A DNA stretch of 64,000 nucleotides, taken from IMG/VR virus record IMGVR_UViG_3300022562_000399, one strand, 5' to 3'. Of this stretch, positions 42,268 through 52,061 are shown piece by piece. The stretch is from a virus. Its lineage: Duplodnaviria; Heunggongvirae; Uroviricota; Caudoviricetes. The notes beneath the pieces are model-generated. The model was not told the DNA's origin. It made no database searches and was given only the letters and a program-made list of their open reading frames with translations. Position 1 is the stretch's first letter, and each line of letters begins with the position of its first letter. Made by a program: the position numbers and the translations under genes.

Positions 42268-43093
42268 TCCAGCATACCGGATTCGTGCAGATCGCGCGGT
42301 ATTTCCTACAGGTCCGCTTTGTCTGGTTGTAGCAAAACCACCACGCCTGGGGTCTTGTCGTCGATCTGGATGCGTCCGGTGATGTCGAAGCCCGCTTGTT
42401 CCAACTCTGGTCTGAGAACTCGCGGGATGTCTTCCATCTTGTATCTGGTCAGGTATTCGTAGGAGCCGCCACGTGCTAGTTCTTGGGTCGGGATCTCGAA
42501 TCGTTTCACTCGCTCCCCCTGAATGGAAAAGGCGACCCTCGAAGTGAAGGTCGCCTTGGCCATTCTACACCGTCAGAGCGTCACGTGTCGGATGCTTCGT
42601 CCGTCGGTTGTCCGTTGCGTCGCAAGAACCCCTCGATCTCCGTCAGCACGGATGCAGGGCTCTCTGGGCTCAAGTGTCTCTTCGCAAGTCGCAGCAAGTC
42701 GAAGGCGTGCGCCATCTCGTTGTCCACCTTCGAGAACTGCGCCCGCACCTCGTCCACCAACTTCTCGATCTTTGGATCAGTCACCGCTATCTTCCTCCGC
42801 CAGCGCCTCCACGATGCGGTCGATCTCTTGTTGTACGACACCCACGTCAGACGAGAAGACCTCGTTGCCCGTGGCCATCGCCTTGCCTACCTTGTCGGCG
42901 TGCGTCTTCGCGTAACGCAGGCGCCGCAAGATCTCGTCCTTCTCCATTCGTCTCTCCTCCTCGACTTGGTCCGCTTCCACCTTGGTCGCGTGATCGGCCG
43001 CGCGCCGCTCACGACGATGGAAGTCCGCTTTGCCTTCGTTCTTCAAGTGCTTGCCCCAGGCGGGCACTCGCGTGAACCGCCCAGGGCGTGCCA

Positions 43094-43777
43094 CTACTTC
43101 GCCTCCTTCACGTGGCCCCAGGGCAACCCGTAGTTGTCAGCGCACACCGGGCCATAACCAACCGCCGTGCTCTCCTTGGTGTCCAGTGCCTTCTTGCAGA
43201 ACATGCAGTTGGAATGCTTGTGTCCGTACGCTGCCGCGATGCCTGCCGGGTCTTCGTTGAAGGCCCACAGGAACTCCTTGATCTCTCGCGAGCACTTGGC
43301 CGTGGGGAAGAAGCTCCCGTCCGGTCGGATGCCACCGTAGTAGACGTTGGAGCCGTAGGGGGCGCCGTCGGTGATCGCCACGCCTCCAGGGGTCTTCGAC
43401 TTCGCACCGTTCAGGCTCAAGCACACGGGAAAGTTGGAACCGTCCGCTCGCTCGATGGTGAGTCGGATCTTGGGCAGCTTCTTTGCCTTCTTCGCTGCCA
43501 GCGCCAACATCTCGACGATGTTGGGGTGTCGGTCGTAGGGCTCGTGCTTGCCGATGGCCATGGCTCCGTCAGAAACCTTCTTGGTGGGGTTCTTACGCTC
43601 CTCAGCCAGCTTGAAGATGTAGAAGGTCTGGGCCGGAGACATGTCGAACTTCTTGGCCTTCTTCGCCAAGTCCCAACCGAACGACCCCTTAGGGTCTTCG
43701 TCTAGGATCGCGATGGCCGCGTCCATCGTCAACTCAGACTCGACCGTTGCACCGGTTTTGGGGTTGGTGTAGATCAT
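43094..43777 (-). CDS. Hypothetical protein with C-terminal Cys motif
   Basis: CMFCKKALD...GPVCADNYGLPWG. Confidence 0.35.
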   Translation of the reverse strand: MIYTNPKTGATVESELTMDAAIAILDEDPKGSFGWDLAKKAKKFDMSPAQTFYIFKLAEERKNPTKKVSDGAMAIGKHEPYDRHPNIVEMLALAAKKAKKLPKIRLTIERADGSNFPVCLSLNGAKSKTPGGVAITDGAPYGSNVYYGGIRPDGSFFPTAKCSREIKEFLWAFNEDPAGIAAAYGHKHSNCMFCKKALDTKESTAVGYGPVCADNYGLPWGHVKEAK

Positions 43778-43976
43778 GTTTCGTTAGCCTCCTTGCCTTC
43801 TTCTATAGTGTAGCCCCAGCGAAGTTCCCAGTCAACTGGTAGCGCCCGTGGCGTACCAACCGCCCCGCCATCCGCACCGCCTCGTCTTCGTCAAGACCAT
43901 GGGCCAGGAGAAGCACCACCAACTGGAGAAGGGTTCCTTGGGCAGGCTTCTTTGCTCTCTTTCTGGCCACAAGACT

Positions 43977-44005
43977 ACTATGGACCACACGCCGTGCTTT
44001 GTCAA
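43977..44005 (-). promoter_or_regulatory. Promoter: TTGACA-N17-(C)ATAGT
   Basis: gtaggtcTTGACAaagcacggcgtgtggtccATAGTAgtc. Confidence 0.45.
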
Positions 44006-44008
44006 GAC

Positions 44009-44605
44009 CTACCTGTCAAACGGCTCCACTTTGCCGTCGTGGATGTCGTCCAAGATCGTCCGCTTCTTCTTGGCCTTGGTATCTCTGGTCACCTCTTGCC
44101 GCAGGCACCCGTGAGAGCAATTCCGGATCTCCACGTGGTAGAGGCCACAGGCGTCTCTGTTGACCTCGAAGTACGAGTAGGACCCGAAGTGGCAACCGTC
44201 CAGGGAAGCCGCCAGATCAGCTCGAAAGGTCTCTGGGTCAAAGTGCGTTCCAGTAAGGGCCTCCAAAGTGTGACAGCACCACTCGAACTGCCAATTGTCC
44301 TCACCACCCCGCCTGGCTCGATCCATGAACCACAACACATCCTCACGGAAGACGCCTGACTTCTCCAGTCTCTCGCGAGGAGTCCGGATCGCGTACTGGA
44401 TCGCCGTCCAGCACTCACGGATGAACCCCTCCCGGATGAGCCTCGCGTGCCTTGGTAAGTGGACCGTCTTCTCCCCATGCCATTGGTCTGGCAAGAGGCG
44501 CAACTCTCCCACAGAAGCCTCGTCTTCCGGACTCAGATCCTCCTCTGGTTGCGTCTCTTTCTCATGAGCCTTAGCTCTAGCTTTTCCAGGACAGACTGCC
44601 CCCAC
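44009..44605 (-). CDS. Hypothetical protein
   Basis: ORF downstream of the promoter at ~43977-44005. Confidence 0.3.
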   Translation of the reverse strand: MGAVCPGKARAKAHEKETQPEEDLSPEDEASVGELRLLPDQWHGEKTVHLPRHARLIREGFIRECWTAIQYAIRTPRERLEKSGVFREDVLWFMDRARRGGEDNWQFEWCCHTLEALTGTHFDPETFRADLAASLDGCHFGSYSYFEVNRDACGLYHVEIRNCSHGCLRQEVTRDTKAKKKRTILDDIHDGKVEPFDR

Positions 44606-45010
44606 ACCGCACCCCCCTTGGTGTTCATCGACTTGTGAACACGATCACTTTACCAGAAGAAGACCACAGACCATTGGAGGGGTCGCAGATGAACAAGCGC
44701 AGCTTGTTGTCCACCATCACCTCTCCCATCTTGCAGGGCTTGGTCAAGTCCCCTTCGCACCTCCACGTCTCGCCCGCGCTCACCGCCACCTCGTTTGGCT
44801 TGCAATCCCTTTCGACCGGCCTTGTGCCGTCACCGGCCTCCAACACAGCCTCGGCGTACACCGGAGTGTTCGCCTCTACTTCGTGGACGAACTGTTGATC
44901 CACCAAGGCGTAATAGAACGCCAACCCGGCTCCCACACTGGCGCCTATAGCCGCCAACAGCAACAACCCAATCACCACATCCTTCGTCCGCATAACCCCC
45001 TCCTCATAAC

Positions 45011-46111
45011 CTAGAACAGGGCGTCGTCCAGGTCGGTGTCGGCCATGAGCTTGTCCACGGCAACCTCGACCTCGTCCGCCTCCTCAACCGTGATGTTGAA
45101 GTTCGGGAAGACCTTCTCGAAGATCCCCAAGACCTTGATCGCTCCGGTCTCCGCGAAGATCTTGGCCAGCAGCGCCTCCGGATCTCCAGCCGGGATGGCC
45201 GAATCGACCGACACCTTCTTGGCCTTGGTCGGGCCTGCCGCGTAGTCCGTGCAGATGTAGGTCAGGGCGACCGCTGCCGACTCCGTGCTGGTCTTGGCCT
45301 TGCACGCTTCGATGGCTGCCTTGATCACTTCCTTCTGGTCCTCGTGAACCTTGAAGGTCATGACCGAGACCTCCGTGCTGGGCTCCGTGGCCTTGCCGTT
45401 CTCGCCCGCAGCGATCAGGGCCTTCACGTACTCACCGATCTGCACGACCGTGAGTCCGAAGCACTTGGCGACCAACTCGTCCGCGTTCTCGGCGGTCAGG
45501 ATCGGAAGCAGCTTGATCAGCTTCGACCATCCCAGGCACTTCACCTGGTTCCACGTCACACCGCTCTCCAGCAGTCCGTTGTAGATCGAGGTGAGGTAGG
45601 CCGCCTTCCTGTACTTCAACGAAGTCTCGGCCTCGACCCACGCCTTGAAGTTGGGGTGGTCACCGAACCATCCCTTGTCCTGGATCACAGCCAGGATGCC
45701 GCCCAGCTTGAAGTAACTGAACTCCACGTCTCCGTGTAGCTCGTGCACCTCGCGCAGCGCCGCCTCCTGGTCCAGGTTCTCGACGTAGTGTGCGGTGGCC
45801 TGGATCAGATCCTCGTCTCCTTCATCCGATCCGGCCGTGACCCCTGGAGCCGCACCCTCCAGGAAGAAGTCCTTCAACAGTTCTCGCAGATAGGCCACCG
45901 GGGTCTTCTTCTTGTTCTTGATCTCAACCCCGTGCTTCGCGGCCAGGTCCAACAGCTCGGCCTTGGACATGGCGTCCAGGTCGTCGCACGTTCCAGGCTC
46001 TTCCGCCAATTCCAACGGATCGCCTCCAGGCTCGTCGCTTCCTTGCAGGGCGGGGACCATCCCCGCCTCTTCGTCAGCCTGGTCCAGCAAGTCGTCTAGG
46101 TAGTTGCTCAT
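45011..46111 (-). CDS. Acidic hypothetical protein (366 aa)
   Basis: ATG with AAGGAGG RBS, and the promoter at 46141-46170 lies upstream. Very acidic N- and C-termini. Confidence 0.4.
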   Translation of the reverse strand: MSNYLDDLLDQADEEAGMVPALQGSDEPGGDPLELAEEPGTCDDLDAMSKAELLDLAAKHGVEIKNKKKTPVAYLRELLKDFFLEGAAPGVTAGSDEGDEDLIQATAHYVENLDQEAALREVHELHGDVEFSYFKLGGILAVIQDKGWFGDHPNFKAWVEAETSLKYRKAAYLTSIYNGLLESGVTWNQVKCLGWSKLIKLLPILTAENADELVAKCFGLTVVQIGEYVKALIAAGENGKATEPSTEVSVMTFKVHEDQKEVIKAAIEACKAKTSTESAAVALTYICTDYAAGPTKAKKVSVDSAIPAGDPEALLAKIFAETGAIKVLGIFEKVFPNFNITVEEADEVEVAVDKLMADTDLDDALF

Positions 46112-46140
46112 GATGCCTCCTTGGCTCTTCTCTCTACTTC

Positions 46141-46170
46141 AGTTGTAGCCGATCCCCGCGAGCATGTCAA
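46141..46170 (-). promoter_or_regulatory. Promoter: TTGACA-N16/17-TACAAC
   Basis: Flanked upstream by the palindrome copy at 46178-46193. Followed by AAGGAGG and the ATG of the acidic protein. Confidence 0.45.
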
Positions 46171-46694
46171 GCCTCGGTTGCAACTATCTTCACTTCTCGG
46201 GCTCCCCACCTGGCCACCCAGTAGGCGTCCGCCGTGTCCTGGGGCAAGTCCAGGCCCGTAGCCGCCTTTGCGCCCTGCCGGGACAACTCCTTAGGGGCCA
46301 GTCTCAGCAGCTTGAGGTGGGGGTACAACCGCTTCACAAGGGCCTGCCATGAACTGGGGTGGACCGTCATGTAGAGGGCTCGGTGCCGGATCGCCGCCTC
46401 CTCGATCATCGTACGGATCGTGGCCAGCTTCTTGGCCACGTCCAGCGACCTCGACATGGGGTCCTCGATAGCCACCACCACGTGGTCCACCTGCAACTGC
46501 TTGGCGTGCATCCTCCACATGGCTGCCAAGGGCTCGATCTCCTCGCGGATGCGCCCCCGCCTCTCCTCGAAGTCTCCCTTGGGGTAGTTCATGGTGCCGT
46601 GCGATTGCAGACTCTCACCGTCCAGCAACGCCCACCCGATGATCTGGCTGCCGGGGTCCACTCCGATCACGATTCTGGGTTGGTCGTCACTCAC
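46167..46694 (-). CDS. RuvC-like Holliday junction resolvase
   Basis: RIVIGVDPGSQIIGWALL, HVVVAIEDP and DTADAYWVARW. GTG start overlapping the upstream TGA. Confidence 0.65.
   Translation of the reverse strand: MSDDQPRIVIGVDPGSQIIGWALLDGESLQSHGTMNYPKGDFEERRGRIREEIEPLAAMWRMHAKQLQVDHVVVAIEDPMSRSLDVAKKLATIRTMIEEAAIRHRALYMTVHPSSWQALVKRLYPHLKLLRLAPKELSRQGAKAATGLDLPQDTADAYWVARWGAREVKIVATEA
46178..46193. repeat. 16-mer variant TTGCAACTATCTTCAC adjacent to a promoter
   Basis: Same arrangement as at 11599 and 53845. Confidence 0.45.
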
Positions 46695-47607
46695 TGGGCT
46701 TGACCTCCACGCCTTTGAAGCATGGCCCCTGGAACTGGCACCCCTGGGCACGCTTGCAGAGTTGGGTGGGGCAAATCCGATCCGGCATGGGTCCACAGTT
46801 GTTGCGCCAGTCGTAGAACTGCTTGCCTCGCTCGTGTTGGATCTCGGTCCCCTCGTCGTTGCGCAACACTGGGAACTCGCGGAACGGGGACATGTTGTGG
46901 TCTCGCAGCTTCCACGACTTGGGCAGGAGGAACTTGTTCCCGAACCCCTTGCACAGGTAGACGACACGCGCCTCTTTGACGTTCACCCGCTCCTTGACCG
47001 GGTCCTTGCTCTCGTCCACCAGACGCATGTACAGGTTGGTCCTCGTGCGATGCTCGGGCAGCGGACACACCAGCGTCTTGAAGGCGTCCGCCTTGATCGT
47101 CTTGCACTCCACGATGGTGAGAAGATCGGCGCCGGGAAACTGGATCAACAAGTCGATGCCGCAGTCGATCCCGGAAATCGCGCTTTGGAACCTCTTCTCC
47201 TTGTATTCGATGTGTGGCCGCTCGCAGCACTTCCACGTTGGGAACCATTGCGAAGGGAACCGCTCGCCGCACGCCGTGCACCGCCAATCTCCCCATGCGT
47301 ATGGCCGCAGGATGCGGGTCACATAGTCCTGCAACATCCAACCAGTGTCGAAGGTCCAGCGCAGGCTCGTGGGGATGAACTCGGGCTTCATCTCCGCCCG
47401 CAATCCGTTCGCCAGAGCGTACTCACGGGGGCAGAACTCGGGGTCCTCTTTGGTCACAGAGGATGCGTGGAGCGTCCACACTCCTCGATGCTTCTGCTCG
47501 CGCGCCATCTCCTTGTGGAGAAGGTACTGCACGCTCTCCGGTCCCACCGCAACCTTCGGCGTGGCCACCTGCAACTTCACCGGCTTCACCTGAACAACTC
47601 CTCCCAC
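46687..47607 (-). CDS. PD-(D/E)xK nuclease with C-terminal Cys cluster (Cas4/RecB-like exonuclease)
   Basis: GIDCGIDLLIQFPGADLLTIVECKTIK (D...ExK). C-terminal CPTQLCKRAQGCQFQGPC. Confidence 0.5.
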   Translation of the reverse strand: MGGVVQVKPVKLQVATPKVAVGPESVQYLLHKEMAREQKHRGVWTLHASSVTKEDPEFCPREYALANGLRAEMKPEFIPTSLRWTFDTGWMLQDYVTRILRPYAWGDWRCTACGERFPSQWFPTWKCCERPHIEYKEKRFQSAISGIDCGIDLLIQFPGADLLTIVECKTIKADAFKTLVCPLPEHRTRTNLYMRLVDESKDPVKERVNVKEARVVYLCKGFGNKFLLPKSWKLRDHNMSPFREFPVLRNDEGTEIQHERGKQFYDWRNNCGPMPDRICPTQLCKRAQGCQFQGPCFKGVEVKPSE

Positions 47608-47942
47608 GTCTGCCGGGGAACCATCACCCAGTCCCCGCCGATAATCGCCTTGCCTTCGGAGTCCGTGAACCGCACGGACAAGGCAGGCTCGCGATCCGTC
47701 AGCCTCGCCTCTTGCGTGATCTTGCGGAGCCAGTCCAGCTTCAACGAGATCGACCGCTTCACCGTGCTCTTGGCCTCGAACAGGAAGTTGCCGACCTTCA
47801 CGTCACCCTTGACGCGACCCGCTCCGGAACCAGGCACCACCGTGCCGCCAACCTCTTTGGCCAACCGCCTCTCGCTCTTCACTCCCGCGCTCCCACTGGA
47901 GCGTTTGTTCAGGCGCCGCGTGTATGGGTTCGGATCAGTCAC
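47586..47942 (-). CDS. Hjc/RecU-like small PD-(D/E)xK endonuclease (resolvase-like)
   Basis: GVKSERRLAKEVGG...GSGAGRVKGDVKVGNFLFEAKST. Confidence 0.45.
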   Translation of the reverse strand: MTDPNPYTRRLNKRSSGSAGVKSERRLAKEVGGTVVPGSGAGRVKGDVKVGNFLFEAKSTVKRSISLKLDWLRKITQEARLTDREPALSVRFTDSEGKAIIGGDWVMVPRQTWEELFR

Positions 47943-48086
47943 GTGGTCAGCCGCTTACGGTACGCCTGCTTGCACAGTTCCAACAGCTTCTCCTCGGGAG
48001 TTTCCGGGTACAAGGCGATCAGCACCAGGCGGATGGCTTGCCAGTCCCCATTGTTGTCCTTGCAGATTCTTTCTACCAGCAACACG

Positions 48087-49145
48087 TCAATCACTGCCCA
48101 CCTCCACTCCTACCGCGTCGTGTTCGTCGCACAGTAGGTGCTCGATCAACTGCTTGGCGATGGCCTTCTGGTTCGTTGCGATCCAGTCTTTCAGGTCTCC
48201 CTGCTTCAAGAACCCAACCTCCCCCAACGTCGGCACCTTCGAGAAGTACCCCTTGTCCTCTTTGCCGATCCACCCCGCCTCGGCCAGGTACTTGTACAGA
48301 GTCTTGGCGTCGTCGGTCTGCCCGCACGCTAGACCGCCGTGGGGGACCACGATCATCTCATACTCGGCATGGGTGGCGAAGATCGGGCACTTGTTCTTCT
48401 TGATGATCACCTTGGACAGCTTGCGCGCCGGGATACGATCCGACACCGCGTTGTCCATGAGGTTCTTGCCGTACAGGCGAATGGTCAGCCCGCTCGCGTG
48501 CTTCAACTGCTCGCCACCCGGCATGTGCTCGGGGTCCCCGTACATGACACCGATGGCCTTGCGCACCTGGTTGATGTACAGCACCGTCGGGTAACGCTTC
48601 TCCTTCTGCGCCTTCAAGCACGCCACCATGATCTTGCGGCACAACTTGCCCACGACGATGGCCGAACCGCCCACTGCTGCCTTGTCCGCCTCGTCTTCCA
48701 CTTCCTTGGAGCGGATCAACGCACCGATGGAGTCGAACACCACCAGTCCGCAGTCGTCAGCGGACACCAGCGCCTCGCACATGTCCACGGCCTGCTCTGC
48801 GAAGTCCGGCTTGATCAAGATGATCTTGTCGTTGTCCACGCCCAGCTTCGCCGCCCACTCCGGGTCGTAGCTGTTCTCCACGTCGATGAACGCGCACGCT
48901 TCGTTGGGGTAGTCCTTCTGGTAACGCGCAATCGTCACCAGGGCCAGGTTCGTCTTGCCGCTCGACTCGGGGCCGTACACGATGGACTGCTTGCCCTTGG
49001 GAAAGCCTCCACCCGTGGCCAGGTCGAACGCGAAGAACCCGGTAGGGATTCTCTCCACGTCGTCCAGGGCCGCTCCGACTTGCGCCGTGCCGTCTCCGTA
49101 CTGCTTCGTGAACGCTGTGACTAGATCTTGCGTCGTGTTCTTCAT
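48087..49145 (-). CDS. RecA/UvsX-family recombinase
   Basis: FAFDLATGGGFPKGKQSIVYGPESSGKTNLAL (RecA Walker A context). Confidence 0.8.
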   Translation of the reverse strand: MKNTTQDLVTAFTKQYGDGTAQVGAALDDVERIPTGFFAFDLATGGGFPKGKQSIVYGPESSGKTNLALVTIARYQKDYPNEACAFIDVENSYDPEWAAKLGVDNDKIILIKPDFAEQAVDMCEALVSADDCGLVVFDSIGALIRSKEVEDEADKAAVGGSAIVVGKLCRKIMVACLKAQKEKRYPTVLYINQVRKAIGVMYGDPEHMPGGEQLKHASGLTIRLYGKNLMDNAVSDRIPARKLSKVIIKKNKCPIFATHAEYEMIVVPHGGLACGQTDDAKTLYKYLAEAGWIGKEDKGYFSKVPTLGEVGFLKQGDLKDWIATNQKAIAKQLIEHLLCDEHDAVGVEVGSD

Positions 49146-49473
49146 CCTAGGGGGTCCTCGTCTTCCTCGGCGCCCACCACCGTGATGTGGTCCGCCAGTT
49201 CTTTGACCTCAACCTCCAGACGATCCTGCACCCACTTCTTCGCGAACTTGTAGGCCGCGTTGATCTCCTTGTGCAGGCAGGGCACGTGCAGGTCTATCTG
49301 GATCTGGAAGGACTCGAAGTTCCCCAGGTTGATGGTTTGCTTCAAGCCCACGCCCACGTTGCACACTGGCTGCGTGAACGCCTTGTCTTCTCCGACCGGC
49401 TCGTCCGTGACCGTCTCCTTCTCCACCTGCTTGCCGACCTTCTTCGTCTTGGTCACCTTCGCCTTCGACCCCT

Positions 49474-49911
49474 TCACAGTTGTGTCCACTTGCTGAATAC
49501 CTCCACGACCAGGTGCCTATGGGCACCGCCTAGTCCGACCGCTCGCCGGATCTTGTGCAACAAGGAGATCTGGTGCTCCGTGTAGAGCCTCTGCGGTTCG
49601 TCGAAGATCGGCGCCGGGATCAGGTTCCGCGTCTCCCAGTTACGGATGGTCTGCGGGGACTTGCCCAGCAGCTTAGCCACCTCTCCGATCTTGAAGACCT
49701 CCACCACGTGCCCGTCCACGTTACGGTAGTGCCGCGTCTCCGGGGTTGTGATCGCCTCCTTGAACTCCTCGCCCTCCTGCTCGGCTCGATACTTCGCTGC
49801 ACGCTGAATGGCCGCTTGCCGGTAGTCCGCGTTGCGCTTGTAGCGTTCGCGGCGTCTGGCATTGCGCTCATCCTTGTGCTTCTCATACCACTTCCCGTAG
49901 TAAGGGTCCAT
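49474..49911 (-). CDS. MerR/excisionase-like HTH DNA-binding protein
   Basis: FKIGEVAKLLGKSPQTIRNWE. Confidence 0.4.
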   Translation of the reverse strand: MDPYYGKWYEKHKDERNARRRERYKRNADYRQAAIQRAAKYRAEQEGEEFKEAITTPETRHYRNVDGHVVEVFKIGEVAKLLGKSPQTIRNWETRNLIPAPIFDEPQRLYTEHQISLLHKIRRAVGLGGAHRHLVVEVFSKWTQL

Positions 49912-49917
49912 CTTTCC

Positions 49918-49946
49918 AGTCTATCGGGTGCCCACTCGTTTGTCAA
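49918..49946 (-). promoter_or_regulatory. Promoter: TTGACA-N17-TAGACT
   Basis: ttagggcTTGACAaacgagtgggcacccgaTAGACTggaaagATG. Confidence 0.5.
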
Positions 49947-49949
49947 GCC

Positions 49950-51287
49950 CTAACGGACATGGATCTCGCACCCGATGCTCTTGTAGTACCGGATGCGCTT
50001 CTCCGCGTACTTCTCGAACACCATGCAGTCGTCATCCAGGATGTCGTAGACCACCGGTGTGGCCTTGTCCGGATGCTCGCGCAGAATGCGCCCAACGATC
50101 TGCACAACGTCCGCGCGGGGGCTCGCCAGCACGCAGGTGTCCAGTCTCGGGATGTCCGTCCCCTCGCTCATCATCTTCATGGTCGCGAAGATCACGCGCT
50201 TCTTGGTCGCCTGCTCGCGCTGGGTCTTGGTCATGCCGCCGATGTACAACGCGATGTCGTGCGCCGGGATGCCCAACTGCTTGCAGCCGTCTCGCATTAG
50301 GCGGAGGTGTTGCAGCGTGTTGGCAAACACCACCGTGTGACGGTTCTTGTCGTACGCCTTCTTGACGAAGTTGCAGATCTTCTCGTTGCGCTTCATGCAC
50401 TGGCCCAGGGACTTCTCCAGGTGCATGGTCTTGCCGAAGTCCGCCGTCATAAGCTTGTTGGTTCCCGGCCAGCACGGCACCTTCCACGTGCTCGTGGTCA
50501 TGATCACGCGCGGCACCATCTTGGCCTGCTTGGCTCGGACCTCGACCTCTCCTATGTGGGCCTTAAACGCGAACTCCTTGCCGTCTCCACGGTAGGGCGT
50601 CGCGCTAAGGCCGAGACGCTTGCGCGCAGGGAACAGACCGGCCGCCTTCACGAACTGTTCGGCGCCCATCCGGTGGACCTCGTCGAAGACCACCAAGCCG
50701 AAGTCGTCGATGAACGCTTGGGGGTACTTGCCGATCTTGCAGAGGCTCTGCACCATGCCGATCACCACTCGCTTGCCGACGTACTGCAACTTGTCGCCAC
50801 GAGCGATGCCGATGTCCTTGGGTGTCAAGGCCGTGAAGTTCAAGAAGGCCGCCCGCCACTGCTCGGCCAGGTCGTCCTTGGTCACCACGATCAACGTCTT
50901 GACGTTGGCGTTGCAAATAGCTGCAACGGCACACACGGTTTTGCCGAAGCCGGTCGGGGCCTCCGCGATGAAGGAGCGCCCCTTCGCTAGCCTCGACGAG
51001 ATGCCGTCGATGAAGTCCGCTTGGGCGTCGTTGCGTGGAACCACCTTGCAGGCAGTGAACGACACGGGGGGCCCGTCCGTCATGTGGTTCTTGGTCTTGG
51101 GTCCAATCGTGCAGACCGCGCGTGGCACGTGCAGGTAGTCGCCGCGCTTCTCCCACAGCACAACCTCTTCGTCCTGCTTGGACTTGAACTCGAAGATGGC
51201 CCGGAGGTTGGGGTCGTCCTCGTAGACGGCAGTGGCCCCCACCGAAATGGGAGCCACCGCCACCTTCCTGGTCTCTTCCGAGATCAC
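49950..51287 (-). CDS. SF2 DEAH-box helicase
   Basis: Motif I APTGFGKT, motif II VVFDEVHR, motif III LSATPYR and motif VI VVQIVGRILR. GTG start overlapping the SSB stop. Confidence 0.8.
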   Translation of the reverse strand: MISEETRKVAVAPISVGATAVYEDDPNLRAIFEFKSKQDEEVVLWEKRGDYLHVPRAVCTIGPKTKNHMTDGPPVSFTACKVVPRNDAQADFIDGISSRLAKGRSFIAEAPTGFGKTVCAVAAICNANVKTLIVVTKDDLAEQWRAAFLNFTALTPKDIGIARGDKLQYVGKRVVIGMVQSLCKIGKYPQAFIDDFGLVVFDEVHRMGAEQFVKAAGLFPARKRLGLSATPYRGDGKEFAFKAHIGEVEVRAKQAKMVPRVIMTTSTWKVPCWPGTNKLMTADFGKTMHLEKSLGQCMKRNEKICNFVKKAYDKNRHTVVFANTLQHLRLMRDGCKQLGIPAHDIALYIGGMTKTQREQATKKRVIFATMKMMSEGTDIPRLDTCVLASPRADVVQIVGRILREHPDKATPVVYDILDDDCMVFEKYAEKRIRYYKSIGCEIHVR

Positions 51288-52048
51288 AGGATGTCGTCGA
51301 GGTCTTCCGACTTGCCGGGCTTCACCGAGTCGTCGGAATCTCCCCCAAAGTCGTCGTCGTCACCGGAAGACTGGGCCGCTTGCTTGGCGCCCCCTCCACC
51401 CGATCCGCCGCCGACCGACGCGATGCCCGTGACCACTCCCATCTCGGCCAACTGCGCCGCCGTGTGGTACACGATGGCCTCGGAGTAGTTGAACGGCACC
51501 GACTTCTCCTCGCCCAGCTTCTCGGCCAGGAAGGAGACCTCGTGCTTCTTCGTGAAGGCGAACATGTCACCAACCGAGAAGGACCGCTCGTCGTCAAGCC
51601 GCTTGACCTCGAAGGTCGCGCCGGTCAGACCGCCGTAAGTCTCCGCCAACTCCGTGAGGATCTGGATGGACTTCTTCTTGGCGATGAAGAGCTTCTTCTC
51701 CATGTGGTAGACCTTGTCGCCCTTCTTGCTCGCGATCTTCCGATGGTCGATGATCGTTAGAGCGCCGACCAAGGCCGCGCGTCCACTCTCCTGGGCACAC
51801 AGCGGGCAAGGCTCTTGCGCGCCCGTGCACACGAAGTTCTCCCAGCGACCGTTGAACTTCACACGGTGCTCGTAGAACATGGGGATGGCCAGCATCCCGT
51901 CCTCGTGCAGTTCCCCGTCCAAGAACGTGATCTTGCACTTCTCGCCTCGTTTCAGCCAGAAGCGAAACGGAGCGAACGACTCCTCTTCTCTCTTGGCCTC
52001 GGTTTCCAGCAACGCTTTCGCGTCGTTCCCGTACTTCAAAAACGACAT
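51284..52048 (-). CDS. Putative ssDNA-binding protein (gp32/gp2.5-like, acidic C-terminal tail)
   Basis: Cys cluster CTGAQEPCPLC. C-terminus GGGSGGGGAKQAAQSSGDDDDFGGDSDD...DLDDIL. Replication-module context. Confidence 0.45.
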   Translation of the reverse strand: MSFLKYGNDAKALLETEAKREEESFAPFRFWLKRGEKCKITFLDGELHEDGMLAIPMFYEHRVKFNGRWENFVCTGAQEPCPLCAQESGRAALVGALTIIDHRKIASKKGDKVYHMEKKLFIAKKKSIQILTELAETYGGLTGATFEVKRLDDERSFSVGDMFAFTKKHEVSFLAEKLGEEKSVPFNYSEAIVYHTAAQLAEMGVVTGIASVGGGSGGGGAKQAAQSSGDDDDFGGDSDDSVKPGKSEDLDDIL

Positions 52049-52061
52049 ATCCTCGTCTCTC

